A stretch of 64,000 nt of DNA, from NCBI GenBank assembly GCA_035310525.1, contig DATGED010000090.1:1336-65335 (forward strand). The letters run 5' to 3'. Source of the DNA: Candidatus Acidiferrum sp. (GTDB lineage Bacteria > Acidobacteriota > Terriglobia > Acidiferrales > UBA7541). Positions 29,461 through 39,089 of this stretch are shown one piece after another (positions within the stretch are counted from its first letter, which is position 1; each line of letters begins with the position of its first letter). The position numbers and the translations under genes were made by a program. The notes below the pieces were generated by a model, which searched no databases, was not told the DNA's origin, and saw nothing but the letters and a program-made list of their open reading frames with translations.

Positions 29461-29532
29461 GGCGGCAAACGAGAGCGTCCTCGCTAACGCTAGCCAATCG
29501 GAGCCGCGATGTAAAGCCTCTCGTAGCGCACC

Positions 29533-29541
29533 TGCTATACT
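29533..29541 (+). promoter_or_regulatory. Extended -10 element upstream of ribA (short leader)
   Basis: TGcTATACT, 11 nt before the ATG at 29553; no SD. Confidence 0.5.
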
Positions 29542-29552
29542 GCTTCGCTGCG

Positions 29553-30194
29553 ATGAGCACAAAAGCAAATTCGGGCAAGCCTGGCAAAGGGCGGCGGTCC
29601 ACCACTGTGAGACTCATAGCGCATGCCTCGCTGCCCACGCGGTTTGGACGGTTTACGATCTATGGATTCAAGGGGCGGGGTCCGCTGGATGAGGCCATCG
29701 CCCTGGTGCGCGGCAAACTCAAGGGAAAAAGCGCTCCACTCGTCCGCGTCCATTCGCAGTGCCTGACGGGCGACGTGCTTGCTTCGCTGCGGTGTGATTG
29801 CCGCGCGCAGCTCGAGCTTTCGCTGCGGAAGATCGGCCAGGCTGGGGCTGGTGTCTTGTTGTACTTGCCCCAAGAGGGCCGCGGCATCGGCCTGATGAAC
29901 AAGCTTCGCGCCTATCAGCTGCAGGATGGAGGGATGGACACGGTCGAGGCCAACGAATCGTTGGGATTCGAAGCCGACGCTCGGGATTACGATTTTTCGG
30001 CTCAAATCTTGAAAAAACTAGGCGCCACGAAAATTCGCCTGCTCTCGAACAATCCGGAAAAAGTTCGCCAGTTGGAGAAGTCCGGAATTCGCGTGGTTCA
30101 GCGCGTCGCGTGCCAGCCGCGCGTTTCGAAAACTTCCCGGGCCTATCTGCAGACGAAAAAAAGTAAAATGGGCCACCTGCTCGAAGGCTTTTGA
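29553..30194 (+). CDS. ribA: GTP cyclohydrolase II
   Basis: RVHSQCLTGD..SLRCDC, QEGRGIGL.NK..AY, DTVEAN, LSNNPEK, MGHLL. Confidence 0.95.
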   Translation: MSTKANSGKPGKGRRSTTVRLIAHASLPTRFGRFTIYGFKGRGPLDEAIALVRGKLKGKSAPLVRVHSQCLTGDVLASLRCDCRAQLELSLRKIGQAGAGVLLYLPQEGRGIGLMNKLRAYQLQDGGMDTVEANESLGFEADARDYDFSAQILKKLGATKIRLLSNNPEKVRQLEKSGIRVVQRVACQPRVSKTSRAYLQTKKSKMGHLLEGF

Positions 30195-30205
30195 GGGTAC
30201 GAAGA

Positions 30206-30607
30206 ATGACACCTACCGTATTGCAGCGCGTCAAGTTTTCCGCTTCCCCCAAGATCCTGTTCAACATGTATATGGACTCCAAAAAGCATTCTTCCGCAAC
30301 CGGCGCGCCCGCCAAGCTGAGCCGCAAAGTGGGCGGAGCCTGGCACGCGTACGGCGGGGCCATCGGCGGTAAAAACCTGCTCATTATTCCCGGTCAGAAA
30401 ATCGTTCAGGCTTGGCGCGCTACTCATTGGAAAAAAGGCGAGCTATCCATTGTGATCTTGACATTCGAAAAAGCGCGAGGAGGCGCGGTCGTGGACCTCG
30501 TTCACGCGGGCGTGCCGCAACACGACCAAAAGGGCGTTAGAACCGGGTGGCCCAAATTCTACTGGAAACCCTGGAAGAAATATCTTGCGTCGCGGAAACG
30601 GGCTTGA
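30206..30607 (+). CDS. SRPBCC/AHSA1-like domain protein
   Basis: GG.W..YGG.I.G.NL..IPG.KIVQ.WR and GW..FYW.PWK.YL. Confidence 0.82.
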   Translation: MTPTVLQRVKFSASPKILFNMYMDSKKHSSATGAPAKLSRKVGGAWHAYGGAIGGKNLLIIPGQKIVQAWRATHWKKGELSIVILTFEKARGGAVVDLVHAGVPQHDQKGVRTGWPKFYWKPWKKYLASRKRA

Positions 30608-30668
30608 TGCGGGAATCGACTGTCTTCACGATTCGAAGAAACGCTGCGCGCAACAATTCGTCTGGGGA

Positions 30669-30887
30669 TTATCCGCCGCCTACAAACTGTACGATTTCGT
30701 AGCGGTCGCCTGCTTCCACGCGCGTCTGTGCCCAGGCGGGGCGCGGAAGAATTTCCAGATTTCGCTCGATGGCCACGCGGCCCGCTTCCAGTCCAAGCGT
30801 CGACAACAATTCCGCGACAACCGTGCCGGGCTTCGCTTCGCGTTTTTCTCCGTTCACGACGATCGAAAGTGCGGTTTCCAGTGCCAT
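30669..30887 (-). CDS. thiS: Sulfur carrier protein ThiS
   Basis: VNGE, VAIERN.EILPR..W, GD.YEIVQFVGGG C-terminus. Confidence 0.88.
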   Translation of the reverse strand: MALETALSIVVNGEKREAKPGTVVAELLSTLGLEAGRVAIERNLEILPRPAWAQTRVEAGDRYEIVQFVGGG

Positions 30888-30918
30888 CTTCCATCCGTGC
30901 GCCAAATCTCTTGCCAGT

Positions 30919-31563
30919 CTAGGCGGTAGGCACGCGCGGCCTTGCCCGCAATTGAAATTTCAACTGGCCTTTCGAATCCGCCTGCGTGGCGTCAATGACC
31001 AGTGCAGGGTCGGCCCCAGCAAGGCGTGGCATATCGAATTCGAGCCGCGCCTGGCCATCCTGCCCCGTCTCCGTTGAGAATTCCGTTACGTCCGCAGCGC
31101 CATCGATTCTTGCGGTGACCAGTGCGCCAGGGACGACCACTCCATTTTGCTTTTTCCGGACGGCAATGTGCAAATTCGCGCGCTTGCCCGCCAGCCAGTT
31201 TTTGGCATTGATCAATTCCAGCGCGAGCCCCGGCGTCGCATTCGAGTGTGCGGCGGCGTGGGCAATATTCTTCGCGCCTGGGATTTCCTGTGGTGGGAGT
31301 GGCGGAGGCGCAAGGTGCAAGGCACCAGTTCGGATTTCCTCGACCACTTTTCGATGCTGCTCATCGATGCGCGTTCTTAGCAACTTTTCCTGCTGTGCCT
31401 CGAGCGGCAACAAATCAAAGTAATTATTGGTGCGGCGGTGCAAAACGCGCCCGCGGCAATAGACAGTCGTGTCGATTAAGGCGTTGGCCGTGCCGCGATC
31501 CTCGGTTTGCACGTGATAAACCGTCTCGCCCACTTTGACATCCGAGTTGTGCCCGAAGAGCAT
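30919..31563 (-). CDS. Conserved hypothetical protein (N-terminal HVQTED domain, Pro-rich linker, Ig-like C-terminal domain)
   Basis: Clean 214-aa ORF filling the gap between thiS and nuoA; GHN...YHVQTEDRG motif. Confidence 0.7.
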   Translation of the reverse strand: MLFGHNSDVKVGETVYHVQTEDRGTANALIDTTVYCRGRVLHRRTNNYFDLLPLEAQQEKLLRTRIDEQHRKVVEEIRTGALHLAPPPLPPQEIPGAKNIAHAAAHSNATPGLALELINAKNWLAGKRANLHIAVRKKQNGVVVPGALVTARIDGAADVTEFSTETGQDGQARLEFDMPRLAGADPALVIDATQADSKGQLKFQLRARPRVPTA

Positions 31564-31638
31564 AGGATGTAAGTCCAGTTCCCTTTCGACGCGCTCGCCT
31601 GTTCAGCAGCGGGGCGCCGCGGACTTTTTTCATGCCAT

Positions 31639-31668
31639 TTGACCGATTGGCTTGTGAATGGATATTAT
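31639..31668 (+). promoter_or_regulatory. Putative sigma70 promoter of the nuo operon
   Basis: TTGACC-N18-TATTAT, 12 nt before the nuoA ATG. Confidence 0.4.
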
Positions 31669-31680
31669 AGCGCTTTGCCC

Positions 31681-32076
31681 ATGACTGATTCAGGCTTACA
31701 AGCGTACACTCCGCTTCTATTACACCTGCTGGTAGCGACGGCACTCGCCGGGGCCTTGACAGCCGCCTCGGTGCTGGTCGGCTGGCGCCGCCCCAGCCGC
31801 GCGAAACAACTGCCCTACGAATGCGGCATGGAACCAACTGGAGACGCTCGAGCTCCGATTTCCGTCAGATTTTATCTAGTCGCCATGGTTTTCATTCTTT
31901 TTGACGTGGAAGCCATTTTCCTGTATCCGTGGGCCTACATTTATCGCGATTTTATAAGAATGTCCCCCAGTATTGGTCTGTATGGCTTCATCGAGATGAT
32001 GGTATATATCGCCATACTTCTGGTGGGTTACTTCTATCTGTGGAAAAAAGGCGCGCTCGACTGGCATAAGTATTAG
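31681..32076 (+). CDS. nuoA: NADH-quinone oxidoreductase subunit A
   Basis: PYECG, VRFYLVAM.FILFDVE, KKGALDW. Confidence 0.95.
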   Translation: MTDSGLQAYTPLLLHLLVATALAGALTAASVLVGWRRPSRAKQLPYECGMEPTGDARAPISVRFYLVAMVFILFDVEAIFLYPWAYIYRDFIRMSPSIGLYGFIEMMVYIAILLVGYFYLWKKGALDWHKY

Positions 32077-32100
32077 CCTGCGTCTGAGGGCTTCGAAACG

Positions 32101-32619
32101 GTGACCGAGAATACCAGTCAAAAAGCTAGTGTTGTGGCCGAGAATCTGCGCGCCTGGAATCCCAACGTTATTGAAGAAGTGATCGAATTCCGCGGCGAGA
32201 CGACCATCGTGCTTCCACGCAAAGTGTTGCGTGCTGTCGCTGAACGTTGTCGTGACCACGCGGATTTGCGATTCAACCTGCTCACCGATGCCACCTGTGT
32301 TGATCGATATCCCCACGAGCCGCGCTTCGAACTGAATTACCACCTCGTTTCCATCCCGCAGCGCGAAAGAGTTCGGCTGCAGGTTCGTTTATCCGGCGCA
32401 GATCCTGTCATCGAGTCGCTTGTTCCCATCTGGCCTGGCGCCAACTGGCTCGAGCGCGAAATATTTGACCTCTTTGGGATTCGTTTTACCGGTCATCCGG
32501 ATTTGCGGCGCATCCTGTTGCCGGAGGACTGGGAAGGGCACCCGCTTCGCAGGGACTATCCTGTCGAAGGATTTCGCGACGTTCCGATGGTCCCGGGATT
32601 CAGAAAGAGCTCCGTATGA
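32101..32619 (+). CDS. nuoC: NADH-quinone oxidoreductase subunit C
   Basis: ANWLEREIFDLFGI.F.GHPDLRRIL, GHPLRRDYP. Confidence 0.95.
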   Translation: MTENTSQKASVVAENLRAWNPNVIEEVIEFRGETTIVLPRKVLRAVAERCRDHADLRFNLLTDATCVDRYPHEPRFELNYHLVSIPQRERVRLQVRLSGADPVIESLVPIWPGANWLEREIFDLFGIRFTGHPDLRRILLPEDWEGHPLRRDYPVEGFRDVPMVPGFRKSSV

Positions 32620-33812
32620 CCACGGTCGAAACTGCCGCTGGCGCTACAAAAACGATGGTCCTCAATATGGGACCTCAACACCCTTCCACCCACGGCGTGC
32701 TGCGCGTCCTGCTGGAACTGGATGGAGAAACGGTCATTAGGGCGGTTCCGGATCTGGGTTATCTCCACACTGGTATTGAGAAGAGTTGCGAGGACAAGAC
32801 TTATTCGCAGGCCATCACTCTCACAGACCGAATGGACTATCTCAATCCCCTCGGCAACAACCTGGTGTACTGCATGGCGGTCGAGAAGTTGCTGGGTCTC
32901 GAAGTTCCCAAGCGCGCTCAATACGTTCGCGTCCTGCTCGTCGAGCTGCAGCGTATTTCTTCGCATCTTGTCTGGCTTGGAACGCATGCTATCGACCTGG
33001 GCGCTATGTCCGTCTTCCTGTATTGCTTCCGCGAACGCGAGGAGATTCTCAAGATTTTCGAGATGTTCGCCGGGCAGCGCATGATGACGAGCTACATCCG
33101 CATCGGCGGGATCGCGCTGGAACCGCCGGCGGGATGGCGCGCGGCGGTCGACCGGTTCCTGAAAATGATGCCCAGCAGAATCGATGAATACGAGTCGCTC
33201 TTGACCGGAAACCGCATCTGGATGGGGCGGACGCAGGGCGTGGGATATATTTCAGCAGAGGATGCGATCGCGCTCAGCATGACCGGCCCCACGCTGCGGG
33301 CTGCGGGCGTCCCGTACGACAATCGAAAACTCTTCCCCTATTCCAGCTACGAAGAATTCGAATTTGATGTCCCCACGCGTACCGATTCCGATTGCTTCGG
33401 CCGGTACATGATCCGCGTCGCGGAGATGCGCGAAAGCTTGAAGATTGTCCGCCAGGCCATGGCCAAGATTACGCACGAAGGCCCGATTCGGACGGAAGCG
33501 CCAGGCATTGTGCCGCCGTCGCGTGAAAAAATGAAGACGGAGATGGAAGCGCTCATCTACCATTTCAAGATCTTCACGGAAGGCTTTTCTCCGGCGCCGG
33601 GCGAAGCTTTTGTGAGCGTGGAATCTCCGCGCGGCGAATTGGGCTGCTTTGTTGCCAGCGACGGCTCACCAAAGCCCCTGCGCGTGCACTTCCGCTCGCC
33701 CTCGTATATCAACCTGCAAGCTTTGCCGAAACTCGTCACCGGACAATTAATATCCGATGTAGTCGCTTGCATCGGAACGATTGACATTGTCTTGGGAGAG
33801 GTCGACCGCTAA
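32616..33812 (+). CDS. nuoD: NADH-quinone oxidoreductase subunit D
   Basis: NMGPQHPSTHGVLR, GYLHTGIEK, DRMDY, ESPRGE, GEVDR. Confidence 0.97.
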   Translation: MTTVETAAGATKTMVLNMGPQHPSTHGVLRVLLELDGETVIRAVPDLGYLHTGIEKSCEDKTYSQAITLTDRMDYLNPLGNNLVYCMAVEKLLGLEVPKRAQYVRVLLVELQRISSHLVWLGTHAIDLGAMSVFLYCFREREEILKIFEMFAGQRMMTSYIRIGGIALEPPAGWRAAVDRFLKMMPSRIDEYESLLTGNRIWMGRTQGVGYISAEDAIALSMTGPTLRAAGVPYDNRKLFPYSSYEEFEFDVPTRTDSDCFGRYMIRVAEMRESLKIVRQAMAKITHEGPIRTEAPGIVPPSREKMKTEMEALIYHFKIFTEGFSPAPGEAFVSVESPRGELGCFVASDGSPKPLRVHFRSPSYINLQALPKLVTGQLISDVVACIGTIDIVLGEVDR

Positions 33813-33816
33813 TCGC

Positions 33817-35631
33817 ATGCAACTTTCCCCCCAACTCGCTGCGCGCTTCGAAAAATTACAGAACGCCTATCCGGTCAAGCGCAGTGCGCTCATTCCCATG
33901 CTGATGTACGCGCAGGATGAGTACGGCTGCGTGAGCGACGAGATGATCGCGGAAATCGCGAGCCGTCTGGATCTGAACAACGTGCAGGTCGAGGAAACGC
34001 TCGCCTACTACTCCATGCTGCACCGCAAACCGATGGGCAAGTTCCATGTCCAGGTCTGCACAAATGTGGCTTGCATGCTGCGCGGCGGCAACCAGATTCT
34101 GGACCGCGCCAAAAAACGCCTCGAAATCGGCCACAAAGAAGTGACCGAGGACGGCGTTTTCTCTCTCGAAGAAGTCGAGTGCATCGGCGCCTGCACCGGC
34201 GCTCCTGCCATGCAGGTCAATTACGACTTTCATGAAAACCTCACGCCGCTCAAATTTGACCGCATTATCCAGGAACTGGACGGCGGCAGGATCCCGACTC
34301 CGGAACCCGTGACCGCGGGCGCGCTTCACCCGCGCGAACCCGGCGAGACGCCGCTGATCAGCAGGCGTTGGGGCATCAAGGATTCTCGCAAAATCGATGT
34401 TTACCTCGAGCACGACGGCTATAAAGCGCTGGAAAAAGCGCTCAAGGAAATGACGCCGGAATCCATCATCGACGAAGTGAAGAAGTCCAGCCTCCGTGGC
34501 CGCGGCGGCGCGGGCTTTCCAACGGGCATGAAATGGTCCTTTGTTCCCAAGGATTCTCCGAAACCGAAATATCTCATCTGCAATGCCGATGAATCCGAGC
34601 CCGGCACCTGCAAAGACCGCCCCCTCATGGAGATGGATCCACACCAATTGATCGAAGGCATGGTAATTGCCGGCCGCGCCATACACGCGCACCGCGGCTT
34701 CATTTATGTTCGCGGCGAGTACCGCTACGTCCTGGACATCGTGGAAGAGGCGCTCCAGGAGGCTTATGCCAACGGCTACCTGGGCAAGGATATTCTGGGC
34801 TCGGGCTTTGATTTCGACCTGCTGACCCACACCGGCGCGGGCGCTTACGAGTGCGGGGAAGAGTCCGCATTGATGGAGTCGCTCGAAGGCAAGCGCGGTT
34901 ATCCGCGCATCAAGCCGCCCTTCCCTGCCGTTGTCGGCCTGTACGGCTGCCCGACCATCATTAACAATGTCGAAACTTTGAGCTCTGTGCCCGCCATCAT
35001 TCTCGAAGGCGGAGATGCCTACGCTAAGCGCGGTACTCCGAAAAACGGAGGCACGCGTCTGCTATGCGTCGCAGGACATATCGCCAAGCCGGGAATCTAT
35101 GAGATTCCACTCGGGATGAACATGAAAAAGTTTATTTATGAAATGGCTGGCGGCATTCCCGATGGCAAAAAACTCAAAGCGGTTATTCCTGGCGGAAGTT
35201 CTTGTCCCATCTTGAGCGCCAACGAAATTGACATCCCTATGGATTACGACTCGGTGGCGAAGGCTGGCTCAATGCTCGGCTCCGGCGGCATGGTGGTCAT
35301 GGACGAAACCACCTGCATGGTGGACATGGCACGGCGAATCATGCACTTCTACGCCCACGAGTCCTGCGGTTGGTGCATTCCTTGCCGGGAAGGGACGTCC
35401 TGGCTAAAGAAGTTGCTGGACCGCTTTCACGCGGGCTATGGGACGCCGGAAGATATCGACATCACAGGCGAACTGGCCAAAAACATGCTGGGCCGCACTT
35501 TTTGCCCGCTCGGCGACGCCGCCGCGCTGCCAACCATCAGCATCGTGCAAAAATGGCGCAACGAATTCGAAGACCATTTGAATGGGCGGTGCGCGTCTAA
35601 GTCCGCGGAAGCGCTTGTAGGTTCGCGTTAG
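33817..35631 (+). CDS. nuoEF: Fused NADH-quinone oxidoreductase subunit E-F
   Basis: NuoE [2Fe-2S] CTNVAC...ECIGAC in frame with NuoF LRGRGGAGFPTG.KW, NADESEPG, GAGAYECGEE, ESCGWCIPCREG...FCPLGD. Confidence 0.95.
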   Translation: MQLSPQLAARFEKLQNAYPVKRSALIPMLMYAQDEYGCVSDEMIAEIASRLDLNNVQVEETLAYYSMLHRKPMGKFHVQVCTNVACMLRGGNQILDRAKKRLEIGHKEVTEDGVFSLEEVECIGACTGAPAMQVNYDFHENLTPLKFDRIIQELDGGRIPTPEPVTAGALHPREPGETPLISRRWGIKDSRKIDVYLEHDGYKALEKALKEMTPESIIDEVKKSSLRGRGGAGFPTGMKWSFVPKDSPKPKYLICNADESEPGTCKDRPLMEMDPHQLIEGMVIAGRAIHAHRGFIYVRGEYRYVLDIVEEALQEAYANGYLGKDILGSGFDFDLLTHTGAGAYECGEESALMESLEGKRGYPRIKPPFPAVVGLYGCPTIINNVETLSSVPAIILEGGDAYAKRGTPKNGGTRLLCVAGHIAKPGIYEIPLGMNMKKFIYEMAGGIPDGKKLKAVIPGGSSCPILSANEIDIPMDYDSVAKAGSMLGSGGMVVMDETTCMVDMARRIMHFYAHESCGWCIPCREGTSWLKKLLDRFHAGYGTPEDIDITGELAKNMLGRTFCPLGDAAALPTISIVQKWRNEFEDHLNGRCASKSAEALVGSR

Positions 35632-35637
35632 GAATCC

Positions 35638-37878
35638 ATGACCGAAACGAAGCAAGTTACGCTGAAAATCAACGACCGCGACGTGCAGGTACCGCAGGGA
35701 ACGCTGGTCATCGAAGCCACGCGGCGCATCGGCACCGAAGTGCCCTCGTTTTGCTATTACCCCGGCCTTTCATTGCAGGCCGCTTGCCGCATGTGCCTCG
35801 TGGAAGTCGAAAAGATGCCCAAGCTTCAGACGGCCTGCACTCTGGTGGCGACTGAGGGCATGGTCGTCCGGACTAACACGGAGCAAGTCCGCGGCGCGCG
35901 CAAGGCCATGCTCGAGTTTCTCCTTACGAATCATCCCCTCGATTGCCCCGTTTGCGACAAGGGCGGCGAGTGTGAACTGCAGGACATGGTGTTCCGCTAC
36001 GGGGCGGACACCAGCCGTTTCGTCGAGGAAAAGATTCATCGCCCGGAAGAGAAATGGTCGGAACTCGTTTACTACGACGCTCCGCGCTGCATTCTTTGTT
36101 TCCGATGCGTGCGCGTCTGCGACGAGGGTATGGACGTGAAGGCTCTCGGCGTGGGAATGCGCGGCGCGAACAGCATCATCATTCCCAACCGCGAAGACCA
36201 CCTCGAATGCGAAGAATGCGGGATGTGCATCGACATTTGTCCCGTCGGCGCGCTGACCAGCGGGACTTACCGGTACAAAACGCGCCCGTGGGAGATGACC
36301 TACGTCTCGACCGTGTGTACACACTGTTCGAACGGCTGCAAAACGACTCTGAGCGTTCGAAATCACGAGATCATGCGCGCCAATAGCCGCGACCTCTCCG
36401 GAATCAACGAGGATTTTCTCTGCGTCAAGGGCCGATTCGGTTTCGACTTCACGAAGCATCCGGAGCGTATTCGCCAGCCGCTCGTCCGCAAGGGCGATAA
36501 ACTTTATCCTGTCTCATGGGAAGAGGCCGCGCAAACGGCCGCCGCAAAATTGAAGCAGGTGTACGACGCGGGCGGAAAAGACTCCATCGGCTTCATCGGC
36601 TCCAACCGCACCTCGAACGAAGAGAATTATCTTTTCCAGAGGCTGGCGCGCACCACCTTCGCAACCAACAACATCGACCACCACCGCACGGCGGATTACA
36701 CGGGCCTGATCACCGCGCTTGGCGACGGCGCCACCGATTCCCTCCTCACGATGCGACAGTTGGCCGAGGCCAAAGCTGTACTCCTGGTTGGAAACGATCC
36801 AACCAACCAGAATCCGCTTGTGGCATGGCAGGTACGCAAAGGCATTCGCCACATTGGAGCGAAGTTGTTTATTCTGAATTCGCGAGACATCAAGCTGAAG
36901 CGCAAGGCCTCACTTTTCGTCAAGCTGGCCGCGAGTCAGGAAGCGGCGGCTATTCGCTGGCTGGCGCACGAAGAAGGACAACTGCCAACCGAACTTGTTG
37001 AGCAGCTTGTGCAGCTCAAAGCAGCGCTCGATGCGGAGTCTGATGTCGCCATCGTTTTTGGCGCGGAAGTGACTGGCGCGGCAATCGCTCAGCTAGTAGC
37101 CTTCGGATCTAAATTGCACGGCAAAGTCCGCTACATGGCGCTTGGCGACTACGCAAATTCGCGTGGCGCCGCCGACATGGGCGTGCTTGCGGACCGGCTC
37201 CCCGGTTATGCGCATGTGGAGGACTCGGCGGCGCGGGAAGGGTTTGAGCGGATGTGGGGCGGAGTGATTCCGTCAAAGCCGGGCATGACTGTTCCGCAGA
37301 TGGTGGCAGCCGCGCAAAATGGAAAACTCAGGGGACTTTATGTGATGGGTGCGAATCCACTGGCGCACTTTGGCACGCTCGGATTCGGCCGGGGCAAGCT
37401 CGAATTGCTGATTGTTCACGAAATGTTTTTGACGGAGACCGCAAAGCTTGCTGACGTGGTCTTCCCCGCGGCATCGGCTTACGAAAAAGACGGCAGCGTC
37501 ACCAACACTTCCGGCGAAGTTCAGCTTCTGCATAAAGCCGCCGAAGTCATGGGCCCGCGCAGCGATTTCGATTTGCTACGCATCCTGTCCCATCAACTTG
37601 AAAGACTAGGCCTCGGCAAAGCGTTCCATTACAAGACGCCGGCCGCGGTGTTTGAAGAAATCCGCAAGGCGGTTCTTGGTTATGACGTGCAGGAAGCCGG
37701 CTTGCTGACGGGCGGGGCCGAGGCGACGCATGCTCGTGTCGCGCGGAACGGCCATGCGCCTTATGATGTGCCCGTCGGATTGATTCGCTCCGCCCAGGAC
37801 ACGCTCTTCACCAGCGGCACGCTCGGCCGCTTCTGCACGATGATGGAATCCTTGCCGGAGGCGGAAGCCAAGCCGTGA
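35638..37878 (+). CDS. nuoG: NADH-quinone oxidoreductase subunit G
   Basis: N1b (C...ACRMC...TAC), HPLDCPVCDKGGEC, CILCFRCVRVC...CPVGAL, N7 CTHCSNGC...LCVKGRF. Confidence 0.95.
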   Translation: MTETKQVTLKINDRDVQVPQGTLVIEATRRIGTEVPSFCYYPGLSLQAACRMCLVEVEKMPKLQTACTLVATEGMVVRTNTEQVRGARKAMLEFLLTNHPLDCPVCDKGGECELQDMVFRYGADTSRFVEEKIHRPEEKWSELVYYDAPRCILCFRCVRVCDEGMDVKALGVGMRGANSIIIPNREDHLECEECGMCIDICPVGALTSGTYRYKTRPWEMTYVSTVCTHCSNGCKTTLSVRNHEIMRANSRDLSGINEDFLCVKGRFGFDFTKHPERIRQPLVRKGDKLYPVSWEEAAQTAAAKLKQVYDAGGKDSIGFIGSNRTSNEENYLFQRLARTTFATNNIDHHRTADYTGLITALGDGATDSLLTMRQLAEAKAVLLVGNDPTNQNPLVAWQVRKGIRHIGAKLFILNSRDIKLKRKASLFVKLAASQEAAAIRWLAHEEGQLPTELVEQLVQLKAALDAESDVAIVFGAEVTGAAIAQLVAFGSKLHGKVRYMALGDYANSRGAADMGVLADRLPGYAHVEDSAAREGFERMWGGVIPSKPGMTVPQMVAAAQNGKLRGLYVMGANPLAHFGTLGFGRGKLELLIVHEMFLTETAKLADVVFPAASAYEKDGSVTNTSGEVQLLHKAAEVMGPRSDFDLLRILSHQLERLGLGKAFHYKTPAAVFEEIRKAVLGYDVQEAGLLTGGAEATHARVARNGHAPYDVPVGLIRSAQDTLFTSGTLGRFCTMMESLPEAEAKP

Positions 37879-39089
37879 TCTCCTTCTTGTCCGCAAACGC
37901 CAACCTGATCATCATCCTCGTCAAGATTGCGCTTTTGCTTTTCATCGTGCTGACTGTCAATGCCTATCTGACGTGGTTCGAACGCAAGGTTGTCGCGCAC
38001 ATGCAATCGCGGTGGGGCCCGCATCGTGTCGGGCCGCACGGCTTGCTGCAGCCGCTGGCCGACGGTGCGAAGTTTCTATTGAAAGAAGATCCCACGCCGG
38101 CCGGCGTGGACAAGTTCACCTATTTTCTCGCGCCGCTGATGGCTTTGGCCCTGGCGCTTACATCCATCGCCATCATTCCGTTCGGGCCGAAACCGCTGCA
38201 TCTCTTCGGGCACGACATTACTCTGGGGATCGCGGATCTGAATATCGGCATCCTGGCGCTATTTGCCATCACCGCACTCAGCGTCTATGGCGTCGCTCTC
38301 GCCGGATGGTCTTCGAATAGCAAATATCCGCTGCTCGGCGGCCTGCGTAGTTCCGCGCAGATGGTGAGCTATGAGCTTGCGCTGACCATGTCCGTCGTGG
38401 GTGTGCTTCTGCTCGCCGGTAGCTTTAATTTGCGCGACATCATCAACGCGCAGGGCACCCATCCCGAGCGCGGCATCTTTGGCTGGAACGTCTGGCCGCA
38501 GATTTTGGGATTTTTCTGCTTCTTTGTCGCCGCGGTTGCGGAAACGAACCGTGTCCCGTTCGATCTGCCCGAAGCGGAATCGGAACTCGTCGCCGGTTTT
38601 CACACGGAATACGCCAGCTTCAAGTTCGCGATGTTCTTCATCGCCGAATACACCAGCATGATCACCGTTTCGTGCCTGTGCACGATCATGTTCTTCGGCG
38701 GCTGGCTCTCGCCCTTCCCTGCAAGCTGGACGTTCACTCACTATCTGCCTTCCGTTATTCTGATTCCGGCAGGTTTGTGGGTCATCTGGGACGGGATCCG
38801 TTACGAAACAATTTTCGGCCGCATCATTCTCCCCGGAATAGGAACGGCGATTACGGCCATCGGGGCCGCGCTCGTCGTTTTCCCCGCCGTGAACGAATTT
38901 GTCCAGGGGCCTTTCTGGCTGCTCGCAAAAATCTTTGTGTTTCTGTTTGTCTACGTGTGGATGCGCGGCACTCTGCCGCGTTTTCGCTATGACCAGCTCA
39001 TGGCCTTTGGATGGAAATTGCTTCTGCCGGTTTCGATCGCCAATGTTGTGATCACCGCATTCGCAATACTTAAATGGGGTGCGCGGTGA
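37875..39089 (+). CDS. nuoH: NADH-quinone oxidoreductase subunit H
   Basis: ERKV.A.MQ.R.GP.RVGP.GLLQPLADG, AETNRVPFDLPEAESELVAG, PRFRYDQLM. Confidence 0.96.
   Translation: MISFLSANANLIIILVKIALLLFIVLTVNAYLTWFERKVVAHMQSRWGPHRVGPHGLLQPLADGAKFLLKEDPTPAGVDKFTYFLAPLMALALALTSIAIIPFGPKPLHLFGHDITLGIADLNIGILALFAITALSVYGVALAGWSSNSKYPLLGGLRSSAQMVSYELALTMSVVGVLLLAGSFNLRDIINAQGTHPERGIFGWNVWPQILGFFCFFVAAVAETNRVPFDLPEAESELVAGFHTEYASFKFAMFFIAEYTSMITVSCLCTIMFFGGWLSPFPASWTFTHYLPSVILIPAGLWVIWDGIRYETIFGRIILPGIGTAITAIGAALVVFPAVNEFVQGPFWLLAKIFVFLFVYVWMRGTLPRFRYDQLMAFGWKLLLPVSIANVVITAFAILKWGAR

Noticed and set aside
29460-29553. FMN riboswitch before ribA (also TPP before thiS, glycine before the GcvT-like gene, Moco RNA before moeA)
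   Set aside because: Leaders are too short or lack the consensus motifs
33856-34830. Long antisense ORFs (also 1629-2573, 24701-25546, 52154-53191, 59758-60822, 61502-62557)
   Set aside because: Shadow frames of well-supported genes in GC-rich DNA, with no recognisable motifs
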